Source of the DNA: Bdellovibrionales bacterium
GTDB taxonomy: Bacteria > Bdellovibrionota > Bdellovibrionia > Bdellovibrionales > JAGQZY01
Length of the DNA: 64,000 nucleotides
Assembly (NCBI GenBank): GCA_031426555.1
Contig: JANPLN010000002.1
Coordinates: forward strand, 1-64,000
Direction of reading: 5' to 3'
Under the pieces are notes generated by a model. The model had not been told where the DNA came from. It did no database searches and saw nothing but the letters and a program-made list of their open reading frames with translations. The translations under genes were made by a program, and so were the position numbers. Each line of letters opens with the position of its first letter. Positions within the stretch are counted from its first letter, which is position 1. Below, in pieces: positions 10,287 to 20,732 of this stretch.

Positions 10287-10829
10287 TTATTTACCTGCAG
10301 ACTTACCCTCTTTACGTCTGATGACTTCATCAGTGTAACGAACACCTTTTCCAAGGTAGGGCTCTGGCGGTCTAAAACCGCGAATGATTGCAGCGACTTG
10401 TCCAACCAAAGCTTTATCAGCACCAGCTACAACAACCGTTGTTTGTTTATCCACTTTAATTTCGATGCCTTTAGGGATGTCATAGATCACAGGATGACTG
10501 AAACCTAAAGACAACTCAAGTTTTTGACCGGCAATGGAAGCACGATAACCAACACCTTGCAGGGTGAGGGATTTCGTGAAACCCGTTGTAACTCCCGTTA
10601 CAGCGTTGTTCAAAAGAGCTCTGTATAGACCGTGGAGAGCTCTAGTCTCTTTTGCGTCATTCTTACGAGTTAAAACAATTTTTCCCGCATCAATTTTAGC
10701 TTCGATCTCCGGACGCATAAGAACTGTCATTGAGGTCTTTGCACCTTTCACAACCACTTCATTTTTAGGAGTGATGGTGACGTTGACTTTGCTATCAAAA
10801 TTTACTGGGTTTTTACCTATTCTCGACAT
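10287..10829 (-). CDS. rplF: 50S ribosomal protein L6
   Basis: MSRIGK...RPPEPYLGKGVRY. Confidence 0.99.
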   Translation of the reverse strand: MSRIGKNPVNFDSKVNVTITPKNEVVVKGAKTSMTVLMRPEIEAKIDAGKIVLTRKNDAKETRALHGLYRALLNNAVTGVTTGFTKSLTLQGVGYRASIAGQKLELSLGFSHPVIYDIPKGIEIKVDKQTTVVVAGADKALVGQVAAIIRGFRPPEPYLGKGVRYTDEVIRRKEGKSAGK

Positions 10830-10836
10830 ATTTCAC

Positions 10837-11226
10837 CTACCAAACGATACAAAGAAGTTCGCCACCGGCGTTGATCTTCTTTGCATCTCCACCGCTCATA
10901 ACACCCTTGCTCGTGCTTATAATTGAAAGCCCATAACCAGATCTTATGTTTGGAATTTTTTCTGCGTTTACGTAATAACGACGACCAGGACGACTCATGC
11001 GACGGATACCATTGATTTTTGAAGTTCCGTCGCTGTTGTAATTCAAGTAAACGCGCATCACGCCTTGTTTACCATCTTTCACAACTTTGAAAGAACTGAT
11101 GTAATCCGTTTTCTTCAATACTTCAGCAATGGCCTCTTTCTGTTTAGAATTTGGCACATCTACTTTTTCGTGACCAGCTTTTACGCCGTTTCTAATCACT
11201 GTTAGAAAATCACCTACTGTATCCAT
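10837..11226 (-). CDS. rpsH: 30S ribosomal protein S8
   Basis: D.V.DFLT.IRNG...SRPGRR.Y...STSKGVM...GGELLC. Confidence 0.99.
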   Translation of the reverse strand: MDTVGDFLTVIRNGVKAGHEKVDVPNSKQKEAIAEVLKKTDYISSFKVVKDGKQGVMRVYLNYNSDGTSKINGIRRMSRPGRRYYVNAEKIPNIRSGYGLSIISTSKGVMSGGDAKKINAGGELLCIVW

Positions 11227-11270
11227 TTCATCTCCTCACGCGACCCAACTTGGGGTGCGAATTTTGTAAT

Positions 11271-11576
11271 TTACCAGCTGGCCTTGGTTACGCCCGGGAT
11301 CATCCCGTTGTTCGCGAAATCTCTAAAAGCCAGACGACTCATTTTAAATTTTTTCAAAACTGCTTTAGGTCTACCTGTAATCTCACAACGCGTATTGAAT
11401 CGATTTTCCATCGACATACGTGGAAGTTTGGTAAGACGGCTACGGGCGGCATCGCGCTCTTCCTGAGGAAGGCCCATATCTTTCATTTTTGCGCGCAACT
11501 CTCTACGCAAGCCAAGATACTTCTTGATAGAAGCTTCTCTTTTTTTATTTTTTGCGATGTGACTTAATCTTGCCAT
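11271..11576 (-). CDS. rpsN: 30S ribosomal protein S14, long 101-aa non-zinc form
   Basis: RCEITGRP...F.MSR..FR...[10 protein letters not shown]; only one Cys. Confidence 0.98.
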   Translation of the reverse strand: MARLSHIAKNKKREASIKKYLGLRRELRAKMKDMGLPQEERDAARSRLTKLPRMSMENRFNTRCEITGRPKAVLKKFKMSRLAFRDFANNGMIPGVTKASW

Positions 11577-11588
11577 ATATACGTCCCT

Positions 11589-12131
11589 TTACTTTCTAAA
11601 TGGAAAGCCAAAAGCGTCAAGTAGCGCTTTCCCCTCAGCATCATTGTTAGCTGTCGTACAAATCGTAATATTCATCCCACGGGCTTTATCAACTTTATCG
11701 TAATTGATCTCAGGAAATACAGTCTGTTCTTTAAGACCCATATTGTAATTTCCGCGACCGTCAAATCCACGAGAAGGAAGACCACGAAAGTCACGCACGC
11801 GTGGTAGAGACAAAGAGATCAGGCGATCAAAAAATGCCCACATTTTGTCTTTACGAAGCGTTACAGTCACACCGATTGGCATACCTTCACGAAGTTTAAA
11901 GTTTGAAATCGACTTTTTGGCTTTAGTGATCAACGGCTTTTGGCCGGCAATCACAGCAATTTCTTCAGCTGCTGTGTTGAGAATTTTTGCGTTCTGAACA
12001 GCATCCGAAAGACACTGATTGATCACAATCTTCTCGAGCTTAGGAATTTGCATGATGTTTTCATAGCCAAGCTCTTTTTTGAGAGCCGGTGCAATTTCAC
12101 TTCTGTATTTTACATATAATCTATTCTTCAT
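11589..12131 (-). CDS. rplE: 50S ribosomal protein L5
   Basis: LPRVRDFRG...FDGRGNY...FPEI. Confidence 0.99.
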   Translation of the reverse strand: MKNRLYVKYRSEIAPALKKELGYENIMQIPKLEKIVINQCLSDAVQNAKILNTAAEEIAVIAGQKPLITKAKKSISNFKLREGMPIGVTVTLRKDKMWAFFDRLISLSLPRVRDFRGLPSRGFDGRGNYNMGLKEQTVFPEINYDKVDKARGMNITICTTANNDAEGKALLDAFGFPFRK

Positions 12132-12142
12132 ATCTCACCAAC

Positions 12143-12511
12143 CTATAGGACTTCTGGAGCCAACGAAACAATCTTCACAAATTGTTTTGCACGAAGCTCA
12201 CGGGCAACGGGTCCAAAAATACGTGTTCCAATGGGTTCTTTTGCAGCGTTAATCAAAACGGCCGCATTGTCGTCGAACTTAATACATGTTCCGTCTGCAC
12301 GACGAATCATCTGCACAGTTCTAACGATCACAGCTTTTGCAACTTCACCTTTTTTTACTTTTGAAGTGGGAAGCGCTGATTTCACAGATACAACGACGAT
12401 GTCACCAACGGCCGCTGAGCGCTTTTTTGATCCGCCAAGAACTTTAATACACATTACTTCTTTGGCGCCTGAATTATCTGCAACTTTCATTCGACTCTGT
12501 TGCTGAATCAT
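12143..12511 (-). CDS. rplN: 50S ribosomal protein L14
   Basis: VADNSGAK...[12 protein letters not shown]...SLAPEVL. Confidence 0.99.
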   Translation of the reverse strand: MIQQQSRMKVADNSGAKEVMCIKVLGGSKKRSAAVGDIVVVSVKSALPTSKVKKGEVAKAVIVRTVQMIRRADGTCIKFDDNAAVLINAAKEPIGTRIFGPVARELRAKQFVKIVSLAPEVL

Positions 12512-12514
12512 AAA

Positions 12515-12805
12515 TTACTCCTGACCCCGGCTCGCTTTTTCAACGATTTCCGCAAGTTTCCAACGTTTTGTCTTACTCAAAGGTCTCACTTCAAAAATGC
12601 GAACTTTGTCACCAACTTTTGCCTCACCCTTTTCGTCATGCGCTTTAAACACAGACGTTTTCTTCACAAACTTCTTGTACTTGGGGTGCATCACCGATCG
12701 GTAAGTCATCACTGTGATCGTTTTTTGCATTTTATTTGCAACAACGGTCCCAGTTTCTTCTTTACGACGACCTCTATTATTTGTTTCGCTATCTTTCTGG
12801 CTCAT
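12515..12805 (-). CDS. rpsQ: 30S ribosomal protein S17
   Basis: G.VV.NKMQKTI.V...HPKYKK...RPLSKTKRW. Confidence 0.98.
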   Translation of the reverse strand: MSQKDSETNNRGRRKEETGTVVANKMQKTITVMTYRSVMHPKYKKFVKKTSVFKAHDEKGEAKVGDKVRIFEVRPLSKTKRWKLAEIVEKASRGQE

Positions 12806-12999
12806 GGAGCTCCTCTTAATTTAGCAGTCAATACAGTTTTTAAACGAGCAATGTCTCTTCGCATTCCACGAATAGAAACAGGATTTGTCATTTGACCCAT
12901 AGAGTTTTTCATTCTTGCTTCGAACATTTTCTCTTTGGTCTCACGAATTTTTTTATTTACTTCAACAGTCGAGAGTTCTTTTACATCAGAAAACTTCAT
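12802..12999 (-). CDS. rpmC: 50S ribosomal protein L29
   Basis: 65 aa, GQ...P..IR..RRDIARLKT; position. Confidence 0.96.
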   Translation of the reverse strand: MKFSDVKELSTVEVNKKIRETKEKMFEARMKNSMGQMTNPVSIRGMRRDIARLKTVLTAKLRGAP

Positions 13000-13000
13000 T

Positions 13001-13411
13001 TTATACCTCTCTCGCTATGAACTTTGTTTTAAATGGCATTTTGTGCCCAGCTAAGCGGAAAGCTTCTGCAGCCTGTTCACGAGTTACACCGTTAATTTCA
13101 AACAAAATAGTTCCCGGCTTAATAACAGCCACCCAATACTCCGGATTTCCTTTACCGGAACCCATTCGAACTTCAGCAGGTTTTTCAGTGATTGGTTTCT
13201 GTGGATACACACGAATCCAAACTTTTCCACCGCGCTTGATACTACGGCTGATCGCAATACGACCCGCTTCGAGTTGGCGTGCGGATAACCATCCGTTTTG
13301 CATGACTTTCAAACCGAAATCACCAAAGGCCAAAGAGTTCGCACGTGATGCGAGCCCTTTCATTTTACCCTTGTGCTGTTTTCTCCACTTTACGCGTTTA
13401 GGACTTAGCAC
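13001..13411 (-). CDS. rplP: 50S ribosomal protein L16
   Basis: GTG start at 13411 with [20 protein letters not shown] and RMGSGKG. Confidence 0.98.
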   Translation of the reverse strand: MLSPKRVKWRKQHKGKMKGLASRANSLAFGDFGLKVMQNGWLSARQLEAGRIAISRSIKRGGKVWIRVYPQKPITEKPAEVRMGSGKGNPEYWVAVIKPGTILFEINGVTREQAAEAFRLAGHKMPFKTKFIAREV

Positions 13412-14063
13412 GGCCTGCCTCCTCAGCTTCACGTGCACTCAGCACGTCACCTTTATAGATCCAAACTTTTAAACCAATGATGCCGTAAGCAGTGAGTGCC
13501 TCAGCTGTGCCATAATCGATGTCCGCGCGAAGTGTATGAAGAGGAACACTCTTCTCATTGTACCACTCTGTGCGTGCGATTTCGGCACCATCAAGTCGAC
13601 CAGAAACTTTAATTTTAATTCCACGCACACCACTGCGAATAGCAGAGGCGATGGCCTTTTTCATAGCCCGTCTCCAAGAGACGCGTTTTTCCAATTGCAT
13701 AGCAATGTTTTCCGCAACCAGCTGAGAATCCATATCTGGTTTGCGAATCTCTTGAATGTTTACGAAAACTTCGTTCGTCGTCATTCTTTGGACTTCTTCT
13801 TTCAGGGAATCAATACCAGCGCCTTTTTTACCAATGACAACGCCTGGACGAGCTGTTGAGATGATAATTTTAAGCTTCTTCGCAGCTCTTTCCATTTCGA
13901 TTTTAGCCACACCGGCGTGTTTCAATTTCGCCTTGAGATACTTGCGAAGTCGAATATCTTCATGAAGTTGCGTCGCGTACAGAGGACCACCCGCATACCA
14001 GCGAGAATCCCAAGTTCTTATAACACCGACTCTGAATCCAATTGGATTAACTTTTTGTCCCAC
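13398..14063 (-). CDS. rpsC: 30S ribosomal protein S3
   Basis: [11 protein letters not shown]...[11 protein letters not shown]. Confidence 0.99.
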   Translation of the reverse strand: MGQKVNPIGFRVGVIRTWDSRWYAGGPLYATQLHEDIRLRKYLKAKLKHAGVAKIEMERAAKKLKIIISTARPGVVIGKKGAGIDSLKEEVQRMTTNEVFVNIQEIRKPDMDSQLVAENIAMQLEKRVSWRRAMKKAIASAIRSGVRGIKIKVSGRLDGAEIARTEWYNEKSVPLHTLRADIDYGTAEALTAYGIIGLKVWIYKGDVLSAREAEEAGRAKS

Positions 14064-14066
14064 GAA

Positions 14067-14399
14067 TTACCTCTCGTCCAATACGACGTTGATATGGCTT
14101 GTTCTCTTTTTAATCTCGGTCGCACGTCCTTGCGATCGAGGCATGAATCTTTTAATAAATGGGCCTGCATCTACGTAAATTGTTTTTACGTAAAGATTGT
14201 CCACGTCAATCACCTGTTTTACCTCAGCGTTTGCCACTGCAGATTCAACAAGTTTTTTGATCATTTTGCCGGACTTTTGCGGTTCGAAAGTCAGAATTCG
14301 AATTGCTTCGTTGATCGACTTTCCACGAACCATGTCCGCAACTATACGCGCTTTTTGCGCGCTCACTCTTGCAAATTTTAATCTCGCTTTTACTTCCAT
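14067..14399 (-). CDS. rplV: 50S ribosomal protein L22
   Basis: SAVANAE...PR.QGRA..I.KRTSHI. Confidence 0.99.
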   Translation of the reverse strand: MEVKARLKFARVSAQKARIVADMVRGKSINEAIRILTFEPQKSGKMIKKLVESAVANAEVKQVIDVDNLYVKTIYVDAGPFIKRFMPRSQGRATEIKKRTSHINVVLDER

Positions 14400-14408
14400 A
14401 AATTCACC

Positions 14409-14699
14409 CTATGCCTTAGCTGGTCCGGCTTCTTTAGCCTTGTTTTCTGAGTGTCCGCGGAACATACGAGTATGCGCGAACTCACCAAGTTTATGACCAA
14501 TCATGTTGTCAGTAATGTAGATCGGAACAAACTTCGCACCGTTGTGTACGGCGAAGGTTAAACCCACCATATCAGGCATTACAGTTGAACGACGCGACCA
14601 TGTCTTTATCGCTTTTTTGTCGCCTGTATCTAAAGCCTTAACTACTTTTTTTACCAAGTGGTCGTCAACGAACGGACCTTTTTTTAGTGATCTAGCCAC
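14409..14699 (-). CDS. rpsS: 30S ribosomal protein S19
   Basis: [10 protein letters not shown]...GHKLGEF. Confidence 0.99.
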   Translation of the reverse strand: MARSLKKGPFVDDHLVKKVVKALDTGDKKAIKTWSRRSTVMPDMVGLTFAVHNGAKFVPIYITDNMIGHKLGEFAHTRMFRGHSENKAKEAGPAKA

Positions 14700-14708
14700 A
14701 CATTACCT

Positions 14709-15533
14709 CTACTTTGCTTTTCTATTTTTAATTATGTACTTGTCCGTAGCCTTGTTATGGCGCGTTTTATAGCCCTTACAAGGTTGTCCCCATGGACTTA
14801 CAGGATGATGTCCTTTGCCGCGCCCTTCACCACCACCGAGTGGGTGATCAACTGGGTTCATCGACATACCGCGAACGGAAGGACGTTTCCCTTTCCAACG
14901 ATTACGACCTGCTTTACCAATATAAATATTTTCGTTATCCGTGTTTCCAACCTGACCAATAGAAGCTCGGCAGTTCACTAGAACTTCGCGAACTTCGCCA
15001 GAAGGCAATTTCACCTGGGCAAACTTGCCCATACGACCAACGAGAGTTGCAGAGGCTCCAGCACCACGGCACAACTGTCCGCCTTTGCCTGGACGCAATT
15101 CCACGTTGTGAATAATTGTTCCAACAGGAATTGCGCTCAACGGGAGATTGTTTCCAGGAAGAATATCGGCTTTATCGCTAGATTGAACTGTATCACCCAC
15201 CTTTAATCCTACAGGTGCGATGATGTAAGCTTTTTCGCCGTCCGCGTAGTTCACCAAAGCGATACGACATGTTCTGTTAGGATCATATTCAATAGTTGCG
15301 ATCTTTCCTGGAACTTCAAGTTTCAAGCGTTTGAAATCAATAAGGCGGTAACGTCTTTTATGTCCGCCGCCTTTATGACGAATCGTGATTTGACCATAAT
15401 TGTTGCGCGCAGCTTTTTTGGAAAGACTTTTTGTAAGCGATTTTTCTGGACGATCTGTCGTGATCTCCGAGAAATCAAAACCCGTCATTCCACGACGGCC
15501 AGCACTCGTAGGTCTAAAAACTTTTACTCCCAT
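14709..15533 (-). CDS. rplB: 50S ribosomal protein L2
   Basis: IEYDPNR and [13 protein letters not shown]. Confidence 0.99.
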   Translation of the reverse strand: MGVKVFRPTSAGRRGMTGFDFSEITTDRPEKSLTKSLSKKAARNNYGQITIRHKGGGHKRRYRLIDFKRLKLEVPGKIATIEYDPNRTCRIALVNYADGEKAYIIAPVGLKVGDTVQSSDKADILPGNNLPLSAIPVGTIIHNVELRPGKGGQLCRGAGASATLVGRMGKFAQVKLPSGEVREVLVNCRASIGQVGNTDNENIYIGKAGRNRWKGKRPSVRGMSMNPVDHPLGGGEGRGKGHHPVSPWGQPCKGYKTRHNKATDKYIIKNRKAK

Positions 15534-15535
15534 GA

Positions 15536-15814
15536 CTAGGCTCCCTCAAAGATGGAAATTTTTTGGCCCTGAGCCAACTTAACAAAGGCTTTCTTTTTAT
15601 ACTGAGGCGGACCAAATCGAGATGATTGTTTGAGCCAGCGAGTGCGGTAGCAAGCTGTGCGTACGGCTGCCACTTTCACACTGAAAGCTTTTTCAATCGC
15701 AAATTTAATTTGATCTTTTGTGGCCTCTTTTTCAACTTCGAATACGTATGTATTGTAATCGCTGTAGGCGCTTGTTTTTTCTGTGACAAGTGGTCTTTTA
15801 ATAATTTGATACAT
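15536..15814 (-). CDS. rplW: 50S ribosomal protein L23
   Basis: [10 protein letters not shown]...KKA.VKL; position. Confidence 0.97.
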   Translation of the reverse strand: MYQIIKRPLVTEKTSAYSDYNTYVFEVEKEATKDQIKFAIEKAFSVKVAAVRTACYRTRWLKQSSRFGPPQYKKKAFVKLAQGQKISIFEGA

Positions 15815-16440
15815 TATTCAACTCCACACTTTGCAACAACAGATGGAATTGAATCTTGCGTAAATACGACAGCATCGTATTTTAAAAGATCGTATACATT
15901 CACACCTGCCACTGTATTATAGCGATAGTTTTTTAAGTTTTTAGAAGCTCTTGCAAACATGTCATCTTGATCTTTAGAAATCAAAAGAGCTTTTCCAAGA
16001 CCAAATTTTTTAAGTCTTGAAGAAAGTTCTTTGGACTTTCCTTCTTTAGAACTCATGCCTTCAACGATAAAAATTTTCTTTTCGGCATAAAGATATGAAA
16101 GAGCTGTTTGTAAGCCTGCGATCTTCATAGAACGCGGAAGTGTGTAGCTGTAATCTTTCGGCTGCGGACCAAAAGCAGTACCGCCACCTGGCATGAGAGG
16201 GGAACGAATGGATCCCTGACGAGCATTACCAGTCCCTTTTTGTTTGAATGGCTTTTTACCACCACCGCTCACAAGACCTTTTGTCTTTGTGGCGTGTGTT
16301 CCTTGACGACGACTTACGAGTTGCCAACGAACCATTGCGTGAAGAAGTTCTTTTTTAACTTCTCTCTCAACGACTTGAGAAGGAAGCTCCACTTCACCAA
16401 CTTTTTTCTTATCCCAATTTAAAACTTCAATTTTTGCCAT
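15814..16440 (-). CDS. rplD: 50S ribosomal protein L4
   Basis: RQGTHATK...KPFKQKGTGNARQGS.RSP. Confidence 0.99.
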   Translation of the reverse strand: MAKIEVLNWDKKKVGEVELPSQVVEREVKKELLHAMVRWQLVSRRQGTHATKTKGLVSGGGKKPFKQKGTGNARQGSIRSPLMPGGGTAFGPQPKDYSYTLPRSMKIAGLQTALSYLYAEKKIFIVEGMSSKEGKSKELSSRLKKFGLGKALLISKDQDDMFARASKNLKNYRYNTVAGVNVYDLLKYDAVVFTQDSIPSVVAKCGVE

Positions 16441-16448
16441 ACATCAAC

Positions 16449-17141
16449 TCACTGTTTTAAAATTCGAACGAGGCCATTGCGAGCGCCTGGAACGGGTCCC
16501 TTGACCATGATTAATCCATCTTTTGCATTTACATCAACGATTTGAATATTGCGAACGGTGATCATTTCATCGCCGTAGTGACCAGGACCTTTTTTTCCGG
16601 CCATTACAAAACCAGGCCAAGTTCGCGTACCAGCAGAACCTGGACGACGGTGGAATTTTGATCCGTGAGATGCAGGGCCGCCGGAAAAGTTCCAACGTCT
16701 CATTGCACCAGAGAAACCGCGTCCTTTGGACTTTGCAGTGACTTTTACTGTGTCGCCTTTTTGCAAAGAATCGATAGAAACAGAATTTCCAACGGCGGCG
16801 CCAACAGGAATTTCATCGATGCGGATTTCGCGCGAAAGTTTCACGCCTTTTTCCCCACCGGCTTTTTCCGCATGTTTTTGCGAAGCTTTTGATGTGCTGT
16901 CTTTTCTTTTTCCAAAAAGACTGATTTGAAGAGAGTTATACCCGTCTGTTTCGGTCGTCTTAACTTGCGTAACTTTCCAAGCTTCCACTTTAAGAACAGT
17001 TACTGGAATGATTTGTCCATCCTCGTTGTACACTGAAGACATTCCAACTTTGTGGGCAAATAGCCCACCGAGTTTTATTTCTCCAGCGGTTGAGGTCGAA
17101 CTTTCGTTCGACTCTTGAGGCTCAACTTGTGATTCACTCAT
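16449..17141 (-). CDS. rplC: 50S ribosomal protein L3
   Basis: KVGMS...SKGRGF.G...HGS.FHRRPGS...KGPVPG. Confidence 0.98.
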   Translation of the reverse strand: MSESQVEPQESNESSTSTAGEIKLGGLFAHKVGMSSVYNEDGQIIPVTVLKVEAWKVTQVKTTETDGYNSLQISLFGKRKDSTSKASQKHAEKAGGEKGVKLSREIRIDEIPVGAAVGNSVSIDSLQKGDTVKVTAKSKGRGFSGAMRRWNFSGGPASHGSKFHRRPGSAGTRTWPGFVMAGKKGPGHYGDEMITVRNIQIVDVNAKDGLIMVKGPVPGARNGLVRILKQ

Positions 17142-17174
17142 TTAGTACTCCTCGCGGGCTCCTAGGCCCGGTGA

Positions 17175-17492
17175 TTATTCTGCAGAGAGTTTAATCTCTA
17201 CGTCGACCCCAGCCGATAGATCGAGTTTCATCAACTGATCGATTGTCTGCTGAGTTGGCTCTAAAATATCCAAAAGTCTTTTGTGTGTTTTCATTTCAAA
17301 CTGCTCACGGGATTTTTTATCCACGTGAGGAGATCTCAATACGGTGTAACGATTAATTCGTGTAGGTAACGGGATGGGTCCCGCGATTCTTGCACCTGTT
17401 CTGCGTGCGGTATCCACGATTTCTTTTGTCGATTGATCAAGAAGTTTATGATCAAAAGCTTTTAAACGAATTCGAATCTTTTGACTTTGCAT
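17175..17492 (-). CDS. rpsJ: 30S ribosomal protein S10
   Basis: ATG at 17492; [11 protein letters not shown]...[14 protein letters not shown]. Confidence 0.99.
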   Translation of the reverse strand: MQSQKIRIRLKAFDHKLLDQSTKEIVDTARRTGARIAGPIPLPTRINRYTVLRSPHVDKKSREQFEMKTHKRLLDILEPTQQTIDQLMKLDLSAGVDVEIKLSAE

Positions 17493-17579
17493 ACGCGCAT
17501 CCCTATTTTCCCAGTTATTTCTGGGGTTTAGCAAGCTAAGTGTTTAATAAAACAATGCTTTTTAAATTACAGAAGGGGG

Positions 17580-17609
17580 AGTATGCACTGAAAACAAATC
17601 TATTGTCAA
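17580..17609 (-). promoter_or_regulatory. Candidate sigma70 promoter of the S10 operon
   Basis: TTGACA-18-CATACT with AT-rich UP-like tract upstream. Confidence 0.6.
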
Positions 17610-17659
17610 AAAAAAATAAATTAATTTTTTGATTCCAAAAAGGCACTTCGCTGGAGGGA

Positions 17660-19759
17660 TTAAATTCGCCCTAAGTGAGTCAGAATTTCTTTCTGAACAC
17701 GGTCGTTAACGGCGTTGTACTGATGGAATTTCATCGAAAAAGTCCCGCGCCCCTGGGTGAGGGAACGCACACCCGTGGCATAACCGAAGAGCTCCGCCAG
17801 TGGCACATCCGCCGACACCACTTGCAGGTGTCCACGGCCAACCGTATTTAAAATTTTTCCGCGGCGAGAGTTTAAGTCTCCGATAACACTACCCAAAAAC
17901 TCCTCAGGGACAACGACTTCGAGTTTGAAGATCGGCTCCATAAGTTGCGCTTTGGCTGTGAGAAGAGCCTCACGAACCGCTTGCGAGGCGGCAATTTTAT
18001 AGGCAGTCATGTGGCCATGTTCGGCATCAAAGGGCATTGCAACAATTTTAACCTTTGTCGAAATGTTGGAAAACCCAGCCAGAATGCCGCTATCCAGCCC
18101 TTCGCGCGCCCCCTCGGTGGCGGCAGCCTTGATGTCCCCGGGCAGCGCAGCATCCTTTACAAGATTCTCAATACTATTTTCTTGGCCACTGTTCGGGGAA
18201 ACTTTAACCTCCACCTCGCCCGTTTGAATCTGCCCAGCAACCTCGCGCTCGAAGCGCTTTCTGGCAGAGGCTTCACCCAGTACAGCCTCGCGATAGGTGA
18301 CCTGTGGACTTCCGGTATTCACTTGAACGTTGAATTCGCGCTTGAGGCGATCCACTAAAATTTCCAAGTGCAACTCGCCCATTCCTGAGAGGAGCAGCTG
18401 ACCCGTTTCTGGATCAGTTTTGAGAGAGCTGGATGGATCTTCCTTCACCAAGCGAGTCAGTCCTTCGAGCATTTTTGTTTGATCGCCAGAAGATTTAGCT
18501 TCGACAACGATCGATATTACGGGATCAGGGAAGGTGATCGACTCGAGAACAACTTCTCTTTCGTGCGCGCACAAGGTATCGCCAGTCACCGTAAACTTAA
18601 GACCGACGATGGCACCAATATCTCCCGCTTTTAGCTCTTGAACTTCTGTACGGCTGTTGGCGTGCATTTTTACGATTTTCGCAACGCGCTCTTTCTTTTT
18701 CTCTCGAGGATTGGTTAACGACTCCCCCATTTTGATGATGCCAGAATACACCCGGACGTAGCAAAGTGAGCCCGCGAAATTGTCGGACGCTAATTTAAAT
18801 GCCAGCGCCACCACTGGTTCTTTGAAATCTGTTTTGCAACTAACAAGCTTTTCGAGGTCCTTAGCCGATTTACCGAAAATTTCTCCTCGATCCAATGGCG
18901 TCGGAAGATAATCAACAACGGCATCTAGCAATGGTTGAACACCCTTGTTTTTAAAAGCAGAGCCGCAAAGAACAGGCGTAATTTTTAAGGCTAAGGTACT
19001 TTTACGAATGGATAATTTGAGATCTTGCTCTGAAAGCGGATCACCTGAAAGATATTTATCGGCGAGAGCATCGTCGTAGTCGGCAAGGGTTTCGATCAGT
19101 TTTTCGCGCGCTTTTTGCGCCTCGGATAAAAACTCCCCGGGAATTTCGCCAGTGCTAAAATTTTCGCCCTTTCCATCTGCGGTCTTCCAGATAAAGGCTT
19201 TTTCAGCAACTAGATCCACCATACCAACAAAGCCATCTTCGGCTCCTATAGGCATTTGGATGGCCGCAGGGACAGCCATAAGGCGTTCTTTAATCGTTTC
19301 AAGGCTCATGTTAAAGTCGGCACCCACACGGTCCATTTTGTTAATAAAACAAATTCTTGGAACCTTGTATTTATCTGCCTGGCGCCATACTGTTTCGGTT
19401 TGTGATTCCACTCCATTTACCGCATCAAATACAGCCACAGCACCGTCGAGAACACGCAAGGAGCGCTCCACCTCGATGGTGAAGTCCACATGCCCTGGAG
19501 TATCGATAATGTTAATGCGATAGTTTTTCCATGCACACATGGTGGCAGCGGCCGTGATGGTGATTCCACGCTCTTGCTCTTGTTCCATCCAGTCCATAAC
19601 AGTGTTACCATCGTGGACTTCTCCAATTTTATGGCTTTTACCGGTGTAATAAAGGATGCGCTCGGTGGTGGTTGTTTTACCGGCATCGATGTGAGCCATG
19701 ATGCCGATGTTACGAGTGTAAATTAAGTCTTCAACTTTTTTGGGATCAGTTACACTCAT
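17660..19759 (-). CDS. fusA: Elongation factor G paralog with divergent domain IV
   Basis: [23 protein letters not shown] and GMGELHL intact; located after rpsG; domain IV loops atypical. Confidence 0.95.
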   Translation of the reverse strand: MSVTDPKKVEDLIYTRNIGIMAHIDAGKTTTTERILYYTGKSHKIGEVHDGNTVMDWMEQEQERGITITAAATMCAWKNYRINIIDTPGHVDFTIEVERSLRVLDGAVAVFDAVNGVESQTETVWRQADKYKVPRICFINKMDRVGADFNMSLETIKERLMAVPAAIQMPIGAEDGFVGMVDLVAEKAFIWKTADGKGENFSTGEIPGEFLSEAQKAREKLIETLADYDDALADKYLSGDPLSEQDLKLSIRKSTLALKITPVLCGSAFKNKGVQPLLDAVVDYLPTPLDRGEIFGKSAKDLEKLVSCKTDFKEPVVALAFKLASDNFAGSLCYVRVYSGIIKMGESLTNPREKKKERVAKIVKMHANSRTEVQELKAGDIGAIVGLKFTVTGDTLCAHEREVVLESITFPDPVISIVVEAKSSGDQTKMLEGLTRLVKEDPSSSLKTDPETGQLLLSGMGELHLEILVDRLKREFNVQVNTGSPQVTYREAVLGEASARKRFEREVAGQIQTGEVEVKVSPNSGQENSIENLVKDAALPGDIKAAATEGAREGLDSGILAGFSNISTKVKIVAMPFDAEHGHMTAYKIAASQAVREALLTAKAQLMEPIFKLEVVVPEEFLGSVIGDLNSRRGKILNTVGRGHLQVVSADVPLAELFGYATGVRSLTQGRGTFSMKFHQYNAVNDRVQKEILTHLGRI

Positions 19760-19776
19760 GTATTAATACTTTTATA

Positions 19777-20250
19777 CTACCAATTGTAGTGCGAGAAAGC
19801 TCTGTTAGCTTCTGCCATACGATGAACGTCTTCTTTTTTCTTTATCGCGTTTCCACGATTGTTAAAGGCGTCCATCAATTCAGCAGATAATCGAAGTGAC
19901 ATTTCTTTTTCGCCGCGCTCGCGAGCATAATCCACCAACCAATTAATGGCCAGTGCAATTCTGCGCGACGGACGAACATCAACTGGAACCTGATAAGTGG
20001 CTCCACCGACACGGCGGGACCGAACTTCCAATTGAGGTTTACAATTTTCGATAGCTTTTTTGAAAACCGAAAGAGGCTCTTCGTTGGCAACTTTGCCTTT
20101 AAGCTCTTCGATGGCCGAGTAAACGATCCCTTGAGCTGTGCTTTTTTTGCCAGAATACATAACTCGATTTACAAATTTTGCGACCAATGCGTCGTTGTAA
20201 ACTGGATCTGGTACAACTTCTCTTTTATAATTCGCTTTTCTACGTGACAT
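19777..20250 (-). CDS. rpsG: 30S ribosomal protein S7
   Basis: [15 protein letters not shown] and [10 protein letters not shown]. Confidence 0.99.
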   Translation of the reverse strand: MSRRKANYKREVVPDPVYNDALVAKFVNRVMYSGKKSTAQGIVYSAIEELKGKVANEEPLSVFKKAIENCKPQLEVRSRRVGGATYQVPVDVRPSRRIALAINWLVDYARERGEKEMSLRLSAELMDAFNNRGNAIKKKEDVHRMAEANRAFSHYNW

Positions 20251-20270
20251 CTATTCTCTCCGATTTAAGC

Positions 20271-20651
20271 TTAAGTCGTTTTTTTAGGACGTTTAGTTCC
20301 GTATTTAGAACGACCGCGAAGTCGGTTCTGCACACCTTGCGTATCAAGAACACCGCGAACGATGTGATAACGACAACCGGGAAGATCCTTTACACGACCT
20401 CCACGAATCAAAACCACACTGTGTTCTTGCAAATTATGACCAATACCAGGGATGTATGAAATCACTTCATAACCATTGGAGAGGCGAACCTTTGCTACTT
20501 TACGAAGAGCTGAGTTCGGCTTTTTTGGGGTCGTTGTGTAAACCCGAGTGCAAACTCCACGTCTTTGCGGACAGCTTGTTAAAGCTGGAGACTTACTTCG
20601 GTATTTTTTATCACGTCGTTCTTTACGTACTAACTGATTTATCGTTGGCAT
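20271..20651 (-). CDS. rpsL: 30S ribosomal protein S12
   Basis: MPTINQLVR...[11 protein letters not shown]...RVKDLPG. Confidence 0.99.
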   Translation of the reverse strand: MPTINQLVRKERRDKKYRSKSPALTSCPQRRGVCTRVYTTTPKKPNSALRKVAKVRLSNGYEVISYIPGIGHNLQEHSVVLIRGGRVKDLPGCRYHIVRGVLDTQGVQNRLRGRSKYGTKRPKKTT

Positions 20652-20678
20652 CAATTCCTCATTTTACTAAAGGCGGCA

Positions 20679-20707
20679 AAAATAGCCGCTAATTTTAATT
20701 CCGTCAA
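20679..20707 (-). promoter_or_regulatory. Candidate sigma70 promoter of rpsL-rpsG-fusA
   Basis: TTGACG-17-TATTTT followed by a GC-rich discriminator. Confidence 0.5.
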
Positions 20708-20732
20708 GCCCACAATACGAGTGGGCCCCCAA

